Position numbers and translations under genes: made by a program. A DNA stretch of 32,000 nucleotides from Ferroglobus placidus DSM 10642 (GTDB taxonomy: Archaea; Halobacteriota; Archaeoglobi; Archaeoglobales; Archaeoglobaceae), in the NCBI RefSeq assembly GCF_000025505.1, contig NC_013849.1, positions 270,001-302,000 of the forward strand. Reading direction: 5' to 3'. This document shows positions 1-9,585 of this stretch, piece after piece (position 1 is the first letter of the stretch; each line of letters opens with the position of its first letter). Below the pieces are notes generated by a model. The model was not told the origin of the DNA, ran no database searches, and saw nothing but the letters and a program-made list of their open reading frames with translations.

Positions 1-2
1 GA

Positions 3-929
3 ATTTGCAATCACTGCTTAAATCCAGCCTGCGTAGCAGCTTGCCCCCAAAGAGCCATATACAAGAGAGGAGAGGATGGAATCGTTCTCGTCGACCAGAA
101 CACATGCAGAGGATGGAGATTTTGCGTAACAGCTTGCCCCTACAAGAAAGTTTACTACAACTGGAACACCGGAAAGTCTGAAAAGTGCATATTCTGCTAT
201 CCACGAACGGAAACTGCTCAAGCCAACGCCTGTGCTCATAGCTGCGTTGGAAGGATTAGGTACGTTGGAGTAGTTTTGTACGACGCAGATAGAATTGAAG
301 ATGCTTTGAAAGTTAAAGACGAGGAGCTCGTTGAAGCTCAGAGGAAAATCATCCTCGATCCGAGGGATGAAATGGTTAGAAAAGCTGCCAAGGAAAACGG
401 AGTTCCGGATAACTGGCTCGAAGCCGCTTTGAAATCACCGGCATATGCTCTAATTAAGGAGTACGAGCTTGCTTTACCTCTGCATCCAGAATTCAGAACA
501 ATGCCGATGACTTTCTACATTCCACCACTCTCTCCAGTTTTAGCCGTTCACAGAGCAATACACGATGTTGAAGAGCATGAGGAAGTTCCGGACAAGAATT
601 TGCTAAGAGTTCCGGTGAGGTACCTCTCCAAGCTTTTCGCCGGCGGAAACGAGAGAGTTGTGACTGAGGCACTTGAAAGACTCGTCGCTTTGAGGAAGTA
701 CATGAGAGCGAGAAACGTCGGAGAGCAGCCAGATGAGGATAGCTTAAGAAAAGCGGGTCTTGATGCTGAAAGCGCTGAAAAGCTGTATCGATTACTCACC
801 ATAGCGAGCTACAATGAGAGATACGCTATTCCATCTCTCCACAGAGAATACCTTGACGTCACACCCTCAGAGGAAAGGAGGGGAGGAAGTGGTTTCGGTA
901 TATCGATCAGACCGAGGGGAGGGCAATGA
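3..929 (+). CDS. narH: Respiratory nitrate reductase beta (Fe-S) subunit, 5'-truncated by the window edge
   Basis: The reading frame of track ORF 276..929 stays open back to base 3. My translation ICNHCLNPACVAACP...CRGWRFCVTACPYKK...CIFCYPR...CAHSCVGRIRYVGVVLYDAD contains the Cys clusters of the Fe-S beta subunit. It tracks E. coli NarH as I recall it, through LPLHPEFRTMPMTFYIPPLSP. Confidence 0.9.
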   Translation: MCNHCLNPACVAACPQRAIYKRGEDGIVLVDQNTCRGWRFCVTACPYKKVYYNWNTGKSEKCIFCYPRTETAQANACAHSCVGRIRYVGVVLYDADRIEDALKVKDEELVEAQRKIILDPRDEMVRKAAKENGVPDNWLEAALKSPAYALIKEYELALPLHPEFRTMPMTFYIPPLSPVLAVHRAIHDVEEHEEVPDKNLLRVPVRYLSKLFAGGNERVVTEALERLVALRKYMRARNVGEQPDEDSLRKAGLDAESAEKLYRLLTIASYNERYAIPSLHREYLDVTPSEERRGGSGFGISIRPRGGQ

Positions 930-1498
930 AGAAGATGAAAGATTGCTACAAACTCCTATCAAAACTCTTGCAGTATCCAAGCGATCTCTTAGAAATGAGA
1001 GATGCTGCTAAAAAACTTTACAAACTGATAAGAGGCATTGAAGCTGAGGAAATAGAAGAGGCGAAGAAAGAGTTTGAAAAATTTATTGAATTCCTCGAAA
1101 AGTCCACTATAGAAGAAATCGAAGAGGAGTACGTAAGAACTTTTGATTTATTCCCACTCTGCCCCCCTTACGTTTTTCACCACGTTTGCGGTGAGAGTTA
1201 CAGAAGAAGTGAGTATCTGGTTAAGCTCATGGAAATCTATAGAAAGCATGGATTTGAACCAGATAAAACTCTGAAAAAAGAACTTCCCGATCATATAGCT
1301 GTGATCGTAAGCTTTTTGGGAGAGTTAGATGATAGACGAGACTTTCTGGAGTTTATCATAAAAGGTATTAATAAAATGACTGATACTGTGAAGAAGAAAG
1401 AAACTCCTTACAGAGCACTTATTCTCTTAACTCATGCTTTATGCTCTGCAGATTTGAAATTTTGGAGTAAAAAATTGGAGGGGGTGATCGAATGTTAG
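926..1498 (+). CDS. narJ: Nitrate reductase assembly chaperone (NarJ/TorD family)
   Basis: 190 aa. ATGA overlap with the narH stop. Position between narH and narI. YVRTFDL and ELPDHIAVIVSFL resemble NarJ family motifs. Confidence 0.75.
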   Translation: MKKMKDCYKLLSKLLQYPSDLLEMRDAAKKLYKLIRGIEAEEIEEAKKEFEKFIEFLEKSTIEEIEEEYVRTFDLFPLCPPYVFHHVCGESYRRSEYLVKLMEIYRKHGFEPDKTLKKELPDHIAVIVSFLGELDDRRDFLEFIIKGINKMTDTVKKKETPYRALILLTHALCSADLKFWSKKLEGVIEC

Positions 1499-2193
1499 AT
1501 ACGTTAATTTTTGTAGTTCTGCCGTACGCTGCGATAGCTCTCGCCTTATTTGTTACACCCTATAGATATTTCAAGAATAGACTTGACTGGAGCGCTTTCT
1601 CAACCCAGTTCTTGGAAAGAAGAAAGCTCTACTGGGGTAGCATTCCCTGGCATTACGGAGTTGTAATTGTTCTTGCCGGTCACCTGATAGGATTTCTGTT
1701 TCCGTCAGCAGTGCAGAGCGCTTTGTCGAATTTCTCCATGCTTATCGTACTGGAAAGCATAGCGCTAGCTCTCGGATTGCTTGCATTGGTTGGTAGCGTT
1801 ATCTTATTAATTAGAAGAGCTTCCGGAATCGTCAGAGCTGTCACAAGCTACTCTGACTGGATAGTCCTTCTACTTGTACTCAACCAAGCAATAACCGGAG
1901 TTTACATGGGAGTTTTCGCCAGATGGGGAATGGAATGGTATTTATACACAGCAGTTCCCTGGCTTTATTCGCTGCTCACGTTAAATCCGCAAATAGGCTA
2001 CGTTTCCGAGCTACCGCTGGTTTTCAAGCTTCATGTGGCTGGAGCATTCTTAATATTGGCGGTGCTTCCCTTCACGAAATTCGTGCACTTCCTTTTCCTA
2101 CCTCTCGACTTCCTAAAAGATCCTCCTCTGCTCTACAGATGGGCGAGTAGAAAGGAGAAGAAGGTTGCCATAGAGGAAACAAAAAGAAGCTAA
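1492..2193 (+). CDS. narI: Nitrate reductase gamma subunit (di-heme b membrane anchor)
   Basis: 233 aa, about 5 TM segments. His-bearing helices WHYGVVIVLAGHLIGF and FKLHVAGAFLILAVLPFTKFVH match the NarI pattern (compare E. coli FRLHLVLGMTLFLLFPFSRLIH). 7-nt overlap with narJ. Confidence 0.8.
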   Translation: MLDTLIFVVLPYAAIALALFVTPYRYFKNRLDWSAFSTQFLERRKLYWGSIPWHYGVVIVLAGHLIGFLFPSAVQSALSNFSMLIVLESIALALGLLALVGSVILLIRRASGIVRAVTSYSDWIVLLLVLNQAITGVYMGVFARWGMEWYLYTAVPWLYSLLTLNPQIGYVSELPLVFKLHVAGAFLILAVLPFTKFVHFLFLPLDFLKDPPLLYRWASRKEKKVAIEETKRS

Positions 2194-2207
2194 TTTGGGG
2201 GGTAAAA

Positions 2208-3521
2208 ATGGTAAGCGCTGAGGATTTGAAGAAAAAGTACGGTTTGAAGGGTGATCCGAAGGAAGGATTGATAGCTGCAACCCTCGGATTTTTTGTAGGA
2301 TTTGCAGCTGTCGCTTTGTATGGGCCAACAGCAAAGGAATTTAAGGATGTGATGGGTCTTTCGGGAACTCTGCTCGGATTACTCGTAGCTATACCTCAGC
2401 TAACCGGTTCGCTCTTCAGAATCCCCTTCGGAGCGTGGGTTGATAAGGTCGGCGGTAAAAAGCCGATGCTAACGCTGTTAGCTCTCTCAGTTATCGGTAT
2501 GGCTGGTTTAACAACCCTGCTGATTCTCTACTATCCCCACGGACTCACAATGGAGATGTACCCACTCATATTACTCTTCGGTGCTTTGAGCGGTTGCGGA
2601 GTGGCTACTTTTTCAGTTGGAATTCCCCAAACTTCTTACTGGTTCCCGCAGAAAAGACAGGGATGGGCTCTCGGAACTTATGCTGGATTGGGTAACACCG
2701 CTCCCGGCTTTTTCACATTACTCATTCCCTTCGCTTTAGCCGCTCTTGGATTGCCTGGAGCTTATTCGGCATGGTTCCTGTTCCTGCTGGCTGGAACGAT
2801 AGTGTATGCGATCATAGCTCACGACGCTTACTACTTCCAGCTTGTGAAGAAAGGAGTCCCAAGGGATGAGGCAATAAAAATAGCAAAACAGCTTGGACAG
2901 GAGCTTTTCCCTTCTGGAAAACTCGTTGACGCTCTAAAGATTTCCGCAAAAATAGGCAGAACATGGGCTCTCGTTGCTTTGTACTTCACCTCTTTCGGTG
3001 GTTTTCTCGCCCTCACCACATGGTTCCCCACCTACTGGAGACTCTTTCACGGCTTTGACATAAAAACAGCCGGAATTCTCGGAGGAGTTGGATTCTCTTT
3101 GCTTGCATCGTTTATCAGAGTTTACGGAGGGTATCTAAGCGATAAGATGGGTGGGGAGAGAACCGCGATAATGAGTTACACTCTCGTTTTGATAGGTGCG
3201 GGAATTCTAACGATTTCGACAAGCTTCGCTCCGGCATTGATAGGAGAGATTCTCATAGGAGCGGGGATGGGAATTGCCAACGCTGCAGTTTTCAAACTCG
3301 TCGCCAAATACGTTCCAGAAGCTGTTGGTGGAGCAAGCGGTTGGGTTGGTGGTTTAGGAGCTTTTGGAGGCTTCGTAGTCCCACCGATCCTTGGTGCCTT
3401 TGTCGATGCCTTCGGTGAGCTTGGATATGCAAGAGGGTTCATCGTCTACGTTGCACTTGCCCTCATGTCGATAACCATATCCCTGATCTTGAAAAAGAGG
3501 TACGGGCACGAAATACACTGA
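2208..3521 (+). CDS. narK: MFS nitrate/nitrite transporter (NarK-like)
   Basis: 437 aa polytopic membrane protein. MFS motif-A-like GSLFRIPFGAWVDKVGGKKP. GGGGGGT Shine-Dalgarno-like run upstream. Lies directly after narI. Confidence 0.75.
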   Translation: MVSAEDLKKKYGLKGDPKEGLIAATLGFFVGFAAVALYGPTAKEFKDVMGLSGTLLGLLVAIPQLTGSLFRIPFGAWVDKVGGKKPMLTLLALSVIGMAGLTTLLILYYPHGLTMEMYPLILLFGALSGCGVATFSVGIPQTSYWFPQKRQGWALGTYAGLGNTAPGFFTLLIPFALAALGLPGAYSAWFLFLLAGTIVYAIIAHDAYYFQLVKKGVPRDEAIKIAKQLGQELFPSGKLVDALKISAKIGRTWALVALYFTSFGGFLALTTWFPTYWRLFHGFDIKTAGILGGVGFSLLASFIRVYGGYLSDKMGGERTAIMSYTLVLIGAGILTISTSFAPALIGEILIGAGMGIANAAVFKLVAKYVPEAVGGASGWVGGLGAFGGFVVPPILGAFVDAFGELGYARGFIVYVALALMSITISLILKKRYGHEIH

Positions 3522-3567
3522 GGGGAAAAGGGAAGAAGTTTAGTTCCAAGAGATAAGTGTCAGCTCG

Positions 3568-3598
3568 TTTGATTTTATTCATTTTTCAGCTCTTTTTT
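3568..3598 (+). terminator. Oligo-T tract cluster, candidate archaeal terminator of the nar/narK unit
   Basis: T4, T5 and T6 runs at 3573-3576, 3582-3586 and 3593-3598, about 50-75 nt after the narK stop. Archaeal RNAP terminates at oligo-T. Confidence 0.35.
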
Positions 3599-3659
3599 AT
3601 TGAAGTTAGAAGTCTGTTTCCCATCTATTTTTCTCACCACCGACCGAACTTTTGATGAG

Positions 3660-4263
3660 TTTTCAATCCTCTTTTCATCGAGCAAAAACTTCTTGAGGAG
3701 AAGGGAAACCCAGAGGAGTTCAACTTTCAATCCTCTTTTCATCGAGATTCTTTTGCTTCCGCTGATAGTTTTGCTGGCACTAATTCCTCCTTTCAATCCT
3801 CTTTTCATCGAGCGGGATAGGAGGCACAGGCAGATTTATGGACATAATGGTGACTACCTTTCAATCCTCTTTTCATCGAGAAGGAATTAAAAGGAGTCAA
3901 AACGAAGCTGGACGAATACCGCTTTCAATCCTCTTTTCATCGAGTAAATGCCTCAGTTCGGTGGTGGAGGTGGTGTTGGTATAACTTTCAATCCTCTTTT
4001 CATCGAGTGTCTCCAGCTTTCAGACTGGAGTTTTCGCAACTCCTGCTCCTTTCAATCCTCTTTTCATCGAGAATTGGAAGAAAAGACGAAACTTATGACG
4101 ACATTATACGCCTTTCAATCCTCTTTTCATCGAGCGTTCTACCTGAACCATTCAACTACAGATGCATCCATTATAATCTTTCAATCCTCTTTTCATCGAG
4201 ATGAGCACATCAGGTCTCCCCTCTTCGTTTTCCTGATACCCTTTCAATCCTCTTTTCATCGAG
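3660..4263 (-). CRISPR. CRISPR array, 10 repeats of 23 nt and 9 spacers of 40-45 nt
   Basis: CTTTCAATCCTCTTTTCATCGAG (+ strand) starts at 3660 (first base T instead of C), 3724, 3790, 3858, 3922, 3985, 4049, 4112, 4178 and 4241. All spacers are unique. The reverse complement CTCGATGAAAAGAGGATTGAAAG ends in the canonical 8-nt crRNA handle ATTGAAAG, so I infer minus-strand transcription with the leader at 4264 and above. The degenerate repeat sits at the leader-distal end, which fits that orientation. Confidence 0.95.
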
Positions 4264-4298
4264 GGTTATACTCTAACAAAATTTACGTCGAATGGAAG

Positions 4299-4305
4299 TA
4301 TATAA
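4299..4305 (-). promoter_or_regulatory. Candidate TATA box of the CRISPR leader
   Basis: The minus strand reads GAAAGCGTTATATACTTCC. TTATATA with an A-rich BRE-like 5' flank lies 36 nt upstream of the first repeat. Confidence 0.4.
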
Positions 4306-4326
4306 CGCTTTCTCTTCGCAACGCTT

Positions 4327-4384
4327 CCTCGAACACGATATACCGAGCGAAATAATTAAAAACGAAACCCCGGCGTGTTCGAGG
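4327..4384. repeat. 11-bp perfect inverted repeat in the CRISPR leader (CCTCGAACACG ... CGTGTTCGAGG, 36-nt spacer)
   Basis: Arms at 4327-4337 and 4374-4384 are exact reverse complements. Function unknown. Confidence 0.6.
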
Positions 4385-4553
4385 AAAAATTTAAATAGTA
4401 GAAAACTTTCAGCTCCTTTAACAGCGTTAAAGGTGCGAAATGTTCGAGTAGTCCAGAAATTTTGGAAGGAGAATAAAACCCTTGTTGGTCTTCATTTGAT
4501 GGATTTTAGCGGTGCTTTTAGAGAATAATCATAAGTAATTGCGGTTTTTAAAG

Positions 4554-5264
4554 TTATTTCGATTCTCCTCGTTTGGCAACTCTTGCTATCAAACTCGCGA
4601 AAACGGCAGCCCCAAAACCGTTGTCGATGTTCACGACTGCCAAGCCGGAAGAGCATGAGGAGAGCATGGAAAATAGCGCCGTAAATCCCTTCAAACTCGT
4701 TCCGTAGCCGATTGACGTTGGAACTCCTATAACTGGCACGTCGACCAAGCCGGCAACTACTGAAGGCAAAGCCCCCTCCATTCCCGCGACGACGATTATC
4801 GCCACTACTCCTTCTTCCATGCACTTCTTTAAAGGCTCTAAAAGTCTGTGAATCCCAGCCACACCGACGTCGTAAAACTTCAGCGGCTCTATTCCGAGAA
4901 AAATCAGAGTTTCGCAAGCCTCTTCAGCAACAGCTATGTCTGATGTCCCGGCTGAAAGGACAGCCACTTTTGCGAAGGGTTGAGGAATATCTCCAACTAT
5001 TACCGTTCTCGCCCTCTCGTTGATTCTTGCGTTTCCGAATCTCTTTTTCAATTCTTCGAGATGCTCTTTTTTAACCCTCGTAACGAGGACTCTTCCTTTC
5101 TCCTTAACGTAAGCTTCGATTATTTTCACGAGCTCCTCCAAGCTTTTCCCTTCTCCGAAAACGGCTTCGGGCTTACCAGCTCTCTCCTCTCTAAAAATGT
5201 CTATTTTCGCAAAATCCTCGACCTCTTTAATTAATTTTTTAAAAAAATCGTCTCTAAGATTCAT
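4554..5264 (-). CDS. larB: LarB-like / PurE-related (COG1691-type) protein, putative nickel-pincer cofactor biosynthesis carboxylase
   Basis: 236 aa. The C-terminal half, [17 protein letters not shown]...[29 protein letters not shown], is PurE-fold-like, with the extra N-terminal domain typical of LarB. 11-nt overlap with the carB stop. Confidence 0.7.
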   Translation of the reverse strand: MNLRDDFFKKLIKEVEDFAKIDIFREERAGKPEAVFGEGKSLEELVKIIEAYVKEKGRVLVTRVKKEHLEELKKRFGNARINERARTVIVGDIPQPFAKVAVLSAGTSDIAVAEEACETLIFLGIEPLKFYDVGVAGIHRLLEPLKKCMEEGVVAIIVVAGMEGALPSVVAGLVDVPVIGVPTSIGYGTSLKGFTALFSMLSSCSSGLAVVNIDNGFGAAVFASLIARVAKRGESK

Positions 5265-8200
5265 ACTTCCTCTTCACTTCCTCGTGGTACTCCTGCAAAG
5301 ACTTTATGCTCAATTCAGCCTTTCTTATCGCTTCTATCCCTTTTACAGCGGCTAAAGCTCCGCTGTAGGTCGTTATGTAGGGAATGTTGTAGTCAACTGC
5401 CGCTCTCCTGATCATGTATCCTTCAGTCTTTCCTCTTCTTCCTGAAGGCGTGTTTATTATCAAATCGATCTCTCCGTTTATTATCAAATCGATGACGTTC
5501 GGCCTTCCCTGACTTATTTTAGGAACGATTTCAGCGTCAATTCCGTGCTCTTTTAAGAACTGGGCTGTGCCATCCGTTGCGAGGATTCTGAATCCCATTT
5601 CTTTGAGCTTCTTAGCCACTGGTAAAATCTTCTCTCGATCGTGCTTTCTCACGCTTATGAAGACCGTCCCTTCCGTTGGCAGCTTCATTCCCGCTGCGAG
5701 CTGGGCTTTGTAGTACGCCAATCCGAAATCGTAGTCTATCCCCATGACTTCTCCGGTGGACTTCATCTCCGGTCCTAATACTGGATCAACTCCCGGAAGC
5801 TTCAGGAAGGGGAAGACAGCCTCCTTCACTGAAACGTGGTCGGGAAACAGTCTCTCCTTAACTCCAAGCTCCTTTAGCTTTTTACCCATCATGACTTTGG
5901 CGGCGATTTTCGCAAGAGGAATTCCCGTAGCTTTGCTTACGAAAGGAACGGTTCTGCTCGCTCTCGGATTTGCTTCGAGTATGTAAACTTCGTTGTCCTT
6001 GACGGCGTACTGAACGTTTATCAGCCCGATAACTTTGAGTTCGAGGGCTAATTTTCTCGTGTAATCGATTATCTTGTCTATAACTTCCTTCGAAAGCGAC
6101 TGGGGTGGAAGAACGCAAGCTGAATCTCCGCTGTGCACTCCAGCCTCTTCTATGTGCTCCATAATTCCTCCTATCAGAACTTCTTCTCCATCGCAGACAG
6201 CATCTACCTCAACTTCTATCGCATCTTCGAGGAATTTGTCGATGAGAATCGGCTTCTCCGGGGAGACTTCCAAAGCCTCTCTGATGTATCTTTCGAGAGT
6301 TTCCTCGTCGTAAACGATCTCCATCGCTCTTCCACCGAGAACGTAACTCGGTCTTACCAGAACTGGATAGCCTATCTTCTTCGCTACCTCCTTAGCTTCC
6401 TCAACGCTGAACGCTATTCCGTTTTCCGGCTGTGGAATTCCGAGCTTCCTGCATATTTCCGCGAATCTCTTTCTGTCTTCCGCTATGTCTATCGAATCGA
6501 CGCTCGTTCCGAGAATTTTCGCTCCGCTCTCCTCAAGCTGTTTGGCTATGTTTAAAGGAGTTTGTCCGCCAAACTGAACGAGAACACCTTCTGGCTTTTC
6601 GTTCTCGTAGATGTTCATGACGTCCTCGTGAGTTATCGGCTCGAAGTAAAGTCTGTCTGATGTGTCGTAGTCCGTTGAAACCGTCTCAGGGTTGCAGTTG
6701 ACCATTATAGTCTCGTATCCTTCTTCTTTCAAGCTGTAAACGGCGTGAACGCAGCAGTAGTCGAACTCGATTCCCTGCCCAATTCTGTTGGGACCGCTTC
6801 CGAGAATCATGACCTTCTTTCTTTTGCTTGGAACGGCATCGTTTTCCTCTTCGTAGGTGGAGTAATAGTACGGCGTTTTTGCTTCGAATTCAGCTGCGCA
6901 CGTGTCGACCATTTTGAAAGTAGCCACGATTCCTTTACTTTTCCTCGCTTTTCTAACGTCTCTCTCATCCACTCCGAAAATCTTCGCAATCTGGTAGTCG
7001 CTGAAACCGAATCTCTTAGCTTTCCTCAGCAATTCCTTCGGAACTTCGTCTATCGAGTACTTCTTTGCCGCTTCTCTCAGCTCTCTCTCAACATCAAGAA
7101 TGTTTTTGATCTTGCTGATGAACCACTTATCGATTTTAGTAAGCTCCGCAACCTCGTCAACGCTGAAGCCGTTGAGGAGTGCGTACCTGATGTAGAAAAC
7201 TCTCTCGGGGTTTGGAGTTATGAGCTTCTTTACTATCTCATCTTTGCTTGGCTGTTTATCTTTTCCGTCGGCTCCAAGCCCGTACCTTCCTATTTCCAAG
7301 CTTCTCAAAGCTTTTTGCAGCGCCTCTTCGAATGTCCTTCCGATTGCCATAACCTCTCCAACGCTTTTCATCTGCGTTCCCAGAGTTGGGTCTGCTGTCG
7401 GGAACTTGTCGAAAGCGAAACGCGGAATTTTTACGACCACGTAATCTATGGTTGGCTCGAAGCTTGCTGGAGTTTCCTTCGTTATGTCGTTGGGAATCTC
7501 ATCTAAAGTGTAGCCCACGGCAAGCTTCGCAGCTATCTTCGCTATCGGATATCCCGTGGCTTTAGATGCTAAGGCTGAGCTCCTGCTAACCCTCGGGTTC
7601 ATCTCGATAGCCAAAAATCTGTCTGAGCTCGGATGGACAGCAAACTGAATATTACTGCCACCGGTTTCGACACCTATCTCTCTTATTATCGCAATAGCGG
7701 CGTCTCTCAACCTCTGGTATTCGTAATCCGTAAGGGTCTGGGCTGGAGCTACGGTGATGCTGTCGCCGGTATGGACACCCATCGGATCGAAGTTTTCTAT
7801 GGAGCATATTATCACGACGTTATCCGCTTTGTCCCTCATCACTTCGAGCTCGAACTCCTTCCAGCCGATGACGCTCTCTTCGATGAGAACTTGATGAATC
7901 ATCGAAAGTTCGAGACCCTTCCTAACTATCTCCTTTAACTCCTCCCTGTTGTAAGCTATTCCTCCTCCGGTCCCTCCGAGGGTGAAAGCTGGTCTTACGA
8001 CAACAGGATATCCGAGCTCTTCGGCAATAGTTAAGGCGTCGCTAACGCTTTCAGCTATTTCACTCCTCGGCACCTCGAGCCCTATGTTCTCCATAGCTTT
8101 CTTGAAGAGGTCTCTGTCTTCCGCTTTCTTTATCGCATCTACGTTAGCACCTATCAGCTCCACTCCGTATTTGTCAAGAACACCCATCTCGTGAAGCTTT

Positions 8201-8499
8201 ACGGCTATGTTTAAAGCGGTCTGCCCGCCAAGAGTTGGGAGCAAAGCGTCGGGGGTTTCCCTTTCTATAATTTTAGCAACTACTTCAGGCGTAAGCGGCT
8301 CGATGTAAGTTTTGTCAGCCATTTCCGGATCGGTCATTATCGTAGCCGGATTGGAGTTCACGAGAACGACTTCGTAGCCTTCTTCCCTCAAAGCCTTACA
8401 AGCCTGACTGCCTGAGTAGTCAAATTCTGCAGCCTGCCCAATTACAATCGGACCAGAGCCTATTACCATGATCTTTTTTATATCCTCTCTCTTCGGCAT
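5254..8499 (-). CDS. carB: Carbamoyl-phosphate synthase large subunit
   Basis: 1081 aa. Duplicated ATP-grasp halves ([20 protein letters not shown] / [20 protein letters not shown] and [22 protein letters not shown] / [22 protein letters not shown]). MGS-like C-terminal domain. Confidence 0.97.
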   Translation of the reverse strand: MPKREDIKKIMVIGSGPIVIGQAAEFDYSGSQACKALREEGYEVVLVNSNPATIMTDPEMADKTYIEPLTPEVVAKIIERETPDALLPTLGGQTALNIAVKLHEMGVLDKYGVELIGANVDAIKKAEDRDLFKKAMENIGLEVPRSEIAESVSDALTIAEELGYPVVVRPAFTLGGTGGGIAYNREELKEIVRKGLELSMIHQVLIEESVIGWKEFELEVMRDKADNVVIICSIENFDPMGVHTGDSITVAPAQTLTDYEYQRLRDAAIAIIREIGVETGGSNIQFAVHPSSDRFLAIEMNPRVSRSSALASKATGYPIAKIAAKLAVGYTLDEIPNDITKETPASFEPTIDYVVVKIPRFAFDKFPTADPTLGTQMKSVGEVMAIGRTFEEALQKALRSLEIGRYGLGADGKDKQPSKDEIVKKLITPNPERVFYIRYALLNGFSVDEVAELTKIDKWFISKIKNILDVERELREAAKKYSIDEVPKELLRKAKRFGFSDYQIAKIFGVDERDVRKARKSKGIVATFKMVDTCAAEFEAKTPYYYSTYEEENDAVPSKRKKVMILGSGPNRIGQGIEFDYCCVHAVYSLKEEGYETIMVNCNPETVSTDYDTSDRLYFEPITHEDVMNIYENEKPEGVLVQFGGQTPLNIAKQLEESGAKILGTSVDSIDIAEDRKRFAEICRKLGIPQPENGIAFSVEEAKEVAKKIGYPVLVRPSYVLGGRAMEIVYDEETLERYIREALEVSPEKPILIDKFLEDAIEVEVDAVCDGEEVLIGGIMEHIEEAGVHSGDSACVLPPQSLSKEVIDKIIDYTRKLALELKVIGLINVQYAVKDNEVYILEANPRASRTVPFVSKATGIPLAKIAAKVMMGKKLKELGVKERLFPDHVSVKEAVFPFLKLPGVDPVLGPEMKSTGEVMGIDYDFGLAYYKAQLAAGMKLPTEGTVFISVRKHDREKILPVAKKLKEMGFRILATDGTAQFLKEHGIDAEIVPKISQGRPNVIDLIINGEIDLIINTPSGRRGKTEGYMIRRAAVDYNIPYITTYSGALAAVKGIEAIRKAELSIKSLQEYHEEVKRKYES

Positions 8500-8508
8500 T
8501 ACACCACC

Positions 8509-9585
8509 TCAGTATTCAGCGAGCAAATCGACGAAGCTGTCGAAGAAGAAGTAGGTGTCGTGCGGTCCCGGTCCGGCTTCCGGATGATACTGAACGCTTA
8601 TAAGTGGAATCTCCTCGTGAACCATCCCTTCGACCGTGTAATCGTTCAGATTTATTTGGGTGACTCTTAAACCTTTAGGCAAAGTTTTCTCGTCCACCGC
8701 AAAGTTGTGGTTCTGGCTCGAGATGAAAACTCTTCCGGTTTCAAAGTCTTTGACTGGGTGATTGCTTCCGTGGTGCCCGAATTTGAGCTTGAACGTTTTC
8801 GCTCCAAAAGCTAAAGCTATCAGCTGGTGTCCTAAACAAATGCCGGCCATCGGCATCTTACCTGCCAATTTTTTTATTGTCTCGATCGTCGGCTTCACTC
8901 TTGCTGGATCCCCCGGACCGTTTGAAATGAAAACTCCGTCAAAATCCTCTTCGAGTATCTTCTCAGCCGGATAATCGTAGGGGAAAAGTGTAACTTCCAC
9001 GCCTCTTTTAACGAGCTGTCTAACTATGCTCCTCTTAACGCCACAATCTATTAACGCCACTCTGTATTTTCCTCCCTCTCCAACGACCCTCGGCTCTTTA
9101 ACGCAAACTTTGTCGACCAAGTCGATCTCGCTTATTGAAGGCTGAGCCCTCGCTTTCTCTATCGCTTCCTCCTTCGTTACGTCTCCTATTCCTATGTAAG
9201 CTTTCATAGATCCGTAGATTCTCAGCTTTTTTGTCAGCATTCTCGTGTCCACTCCTTCTATTCCCGGAATTCCGTACTCTTTGAGGAGCTCATCTACCGT
9301 CATCTCGCTTCTCCAGTTGTTCGGCTCTTTGCAAAGTTCTCTTACGACGAAACCTTCCACTTTAACTCCGTCGCTTTCGAAATCTTCCCTGCAAACCCCG
9401 TAGTTTCCTATTAACGGGTAGGTCATCATCAAGATCTGCCCTTTGTAACTCGGATCGGTTAAGGCTTCAACGTATCCCGTCATGCTCGTGTTGAAAACGA
9501 GTTCCCCTTCGGCTTCTCTCAACTCCCCGAAAGCTTTTCCCTCAACAAACGTTCCGTCTTCTAAAGCTAAAACAGCCCTAACCAT
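8509..9585 (-). CDS. carA: Carbamoyl-phosphate synthase small (glutaminase) subunit
   Basis: 358 aa. Class I amidotransferase nucleophile elbow GICLGHQL, plus HHGSNHPV and QYHPEAGPGPHD. Lies directly upstream of carB. Confidence 0.95.
   Translation of the reverse strand: MVRAVLALEDGTFVEGKAFGELREAEGELVFNTSMTGYVEALTDPSYKGQILMMTYPLIGNYGVCREDFESDGVKVEGFVVRELCKEPNNWRSEMTVDELLKEYGIPGIEGVDTRMLTKKLRIYGSMKAYIGIGDVTKEEAIEKARAQPSISEIDLVDKVCVKEPRVVGEGGKYRVALIDCGVKRSIVRQLVKRGVEVTLFPYDYPAEKILEEDFDGVFISNGPGDPARVKPTIETIKKLAGKMPMAGICLGHQLIALAFGAKTFKLKFGHHGSNHPVKDFETGRVFISSQNHNFAVDEKTLPKGLRVTQINLNDYTVEGMVHEEIPLISVQYHPEAGPGPHDTYFFFDSFVDLLAEY

Noticed and set aside
3575-4355. Track ORFs 3575..3808(-), 3600..3890(+), 3948..4355(+) and 4007..4204(+), with recurring FNPLFIE / SILFSSR / FQSSFHR peptides
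   Set aside because: They are translations of the CRISPR repeats in different frames. The periodic peptide motif is the repeat itself, not a protein.
4292-4528. 78-aa + strand ORF in the CRISPR leader region
   Set aside because: There is no SD or promoter, and the composition is atypical. It lies in the AT-rich leader that I interpret as non-coding.
5744-8194. Many antisense or off-frame ORFs inside carB (for example 6745..7506, 253 aa; 6133..6555; 7633..7938)
   Set aside because: They are shadow ORFs of a long, confidently identified gene. Their compositions are S/F/L-rich, unlike the local proteome.
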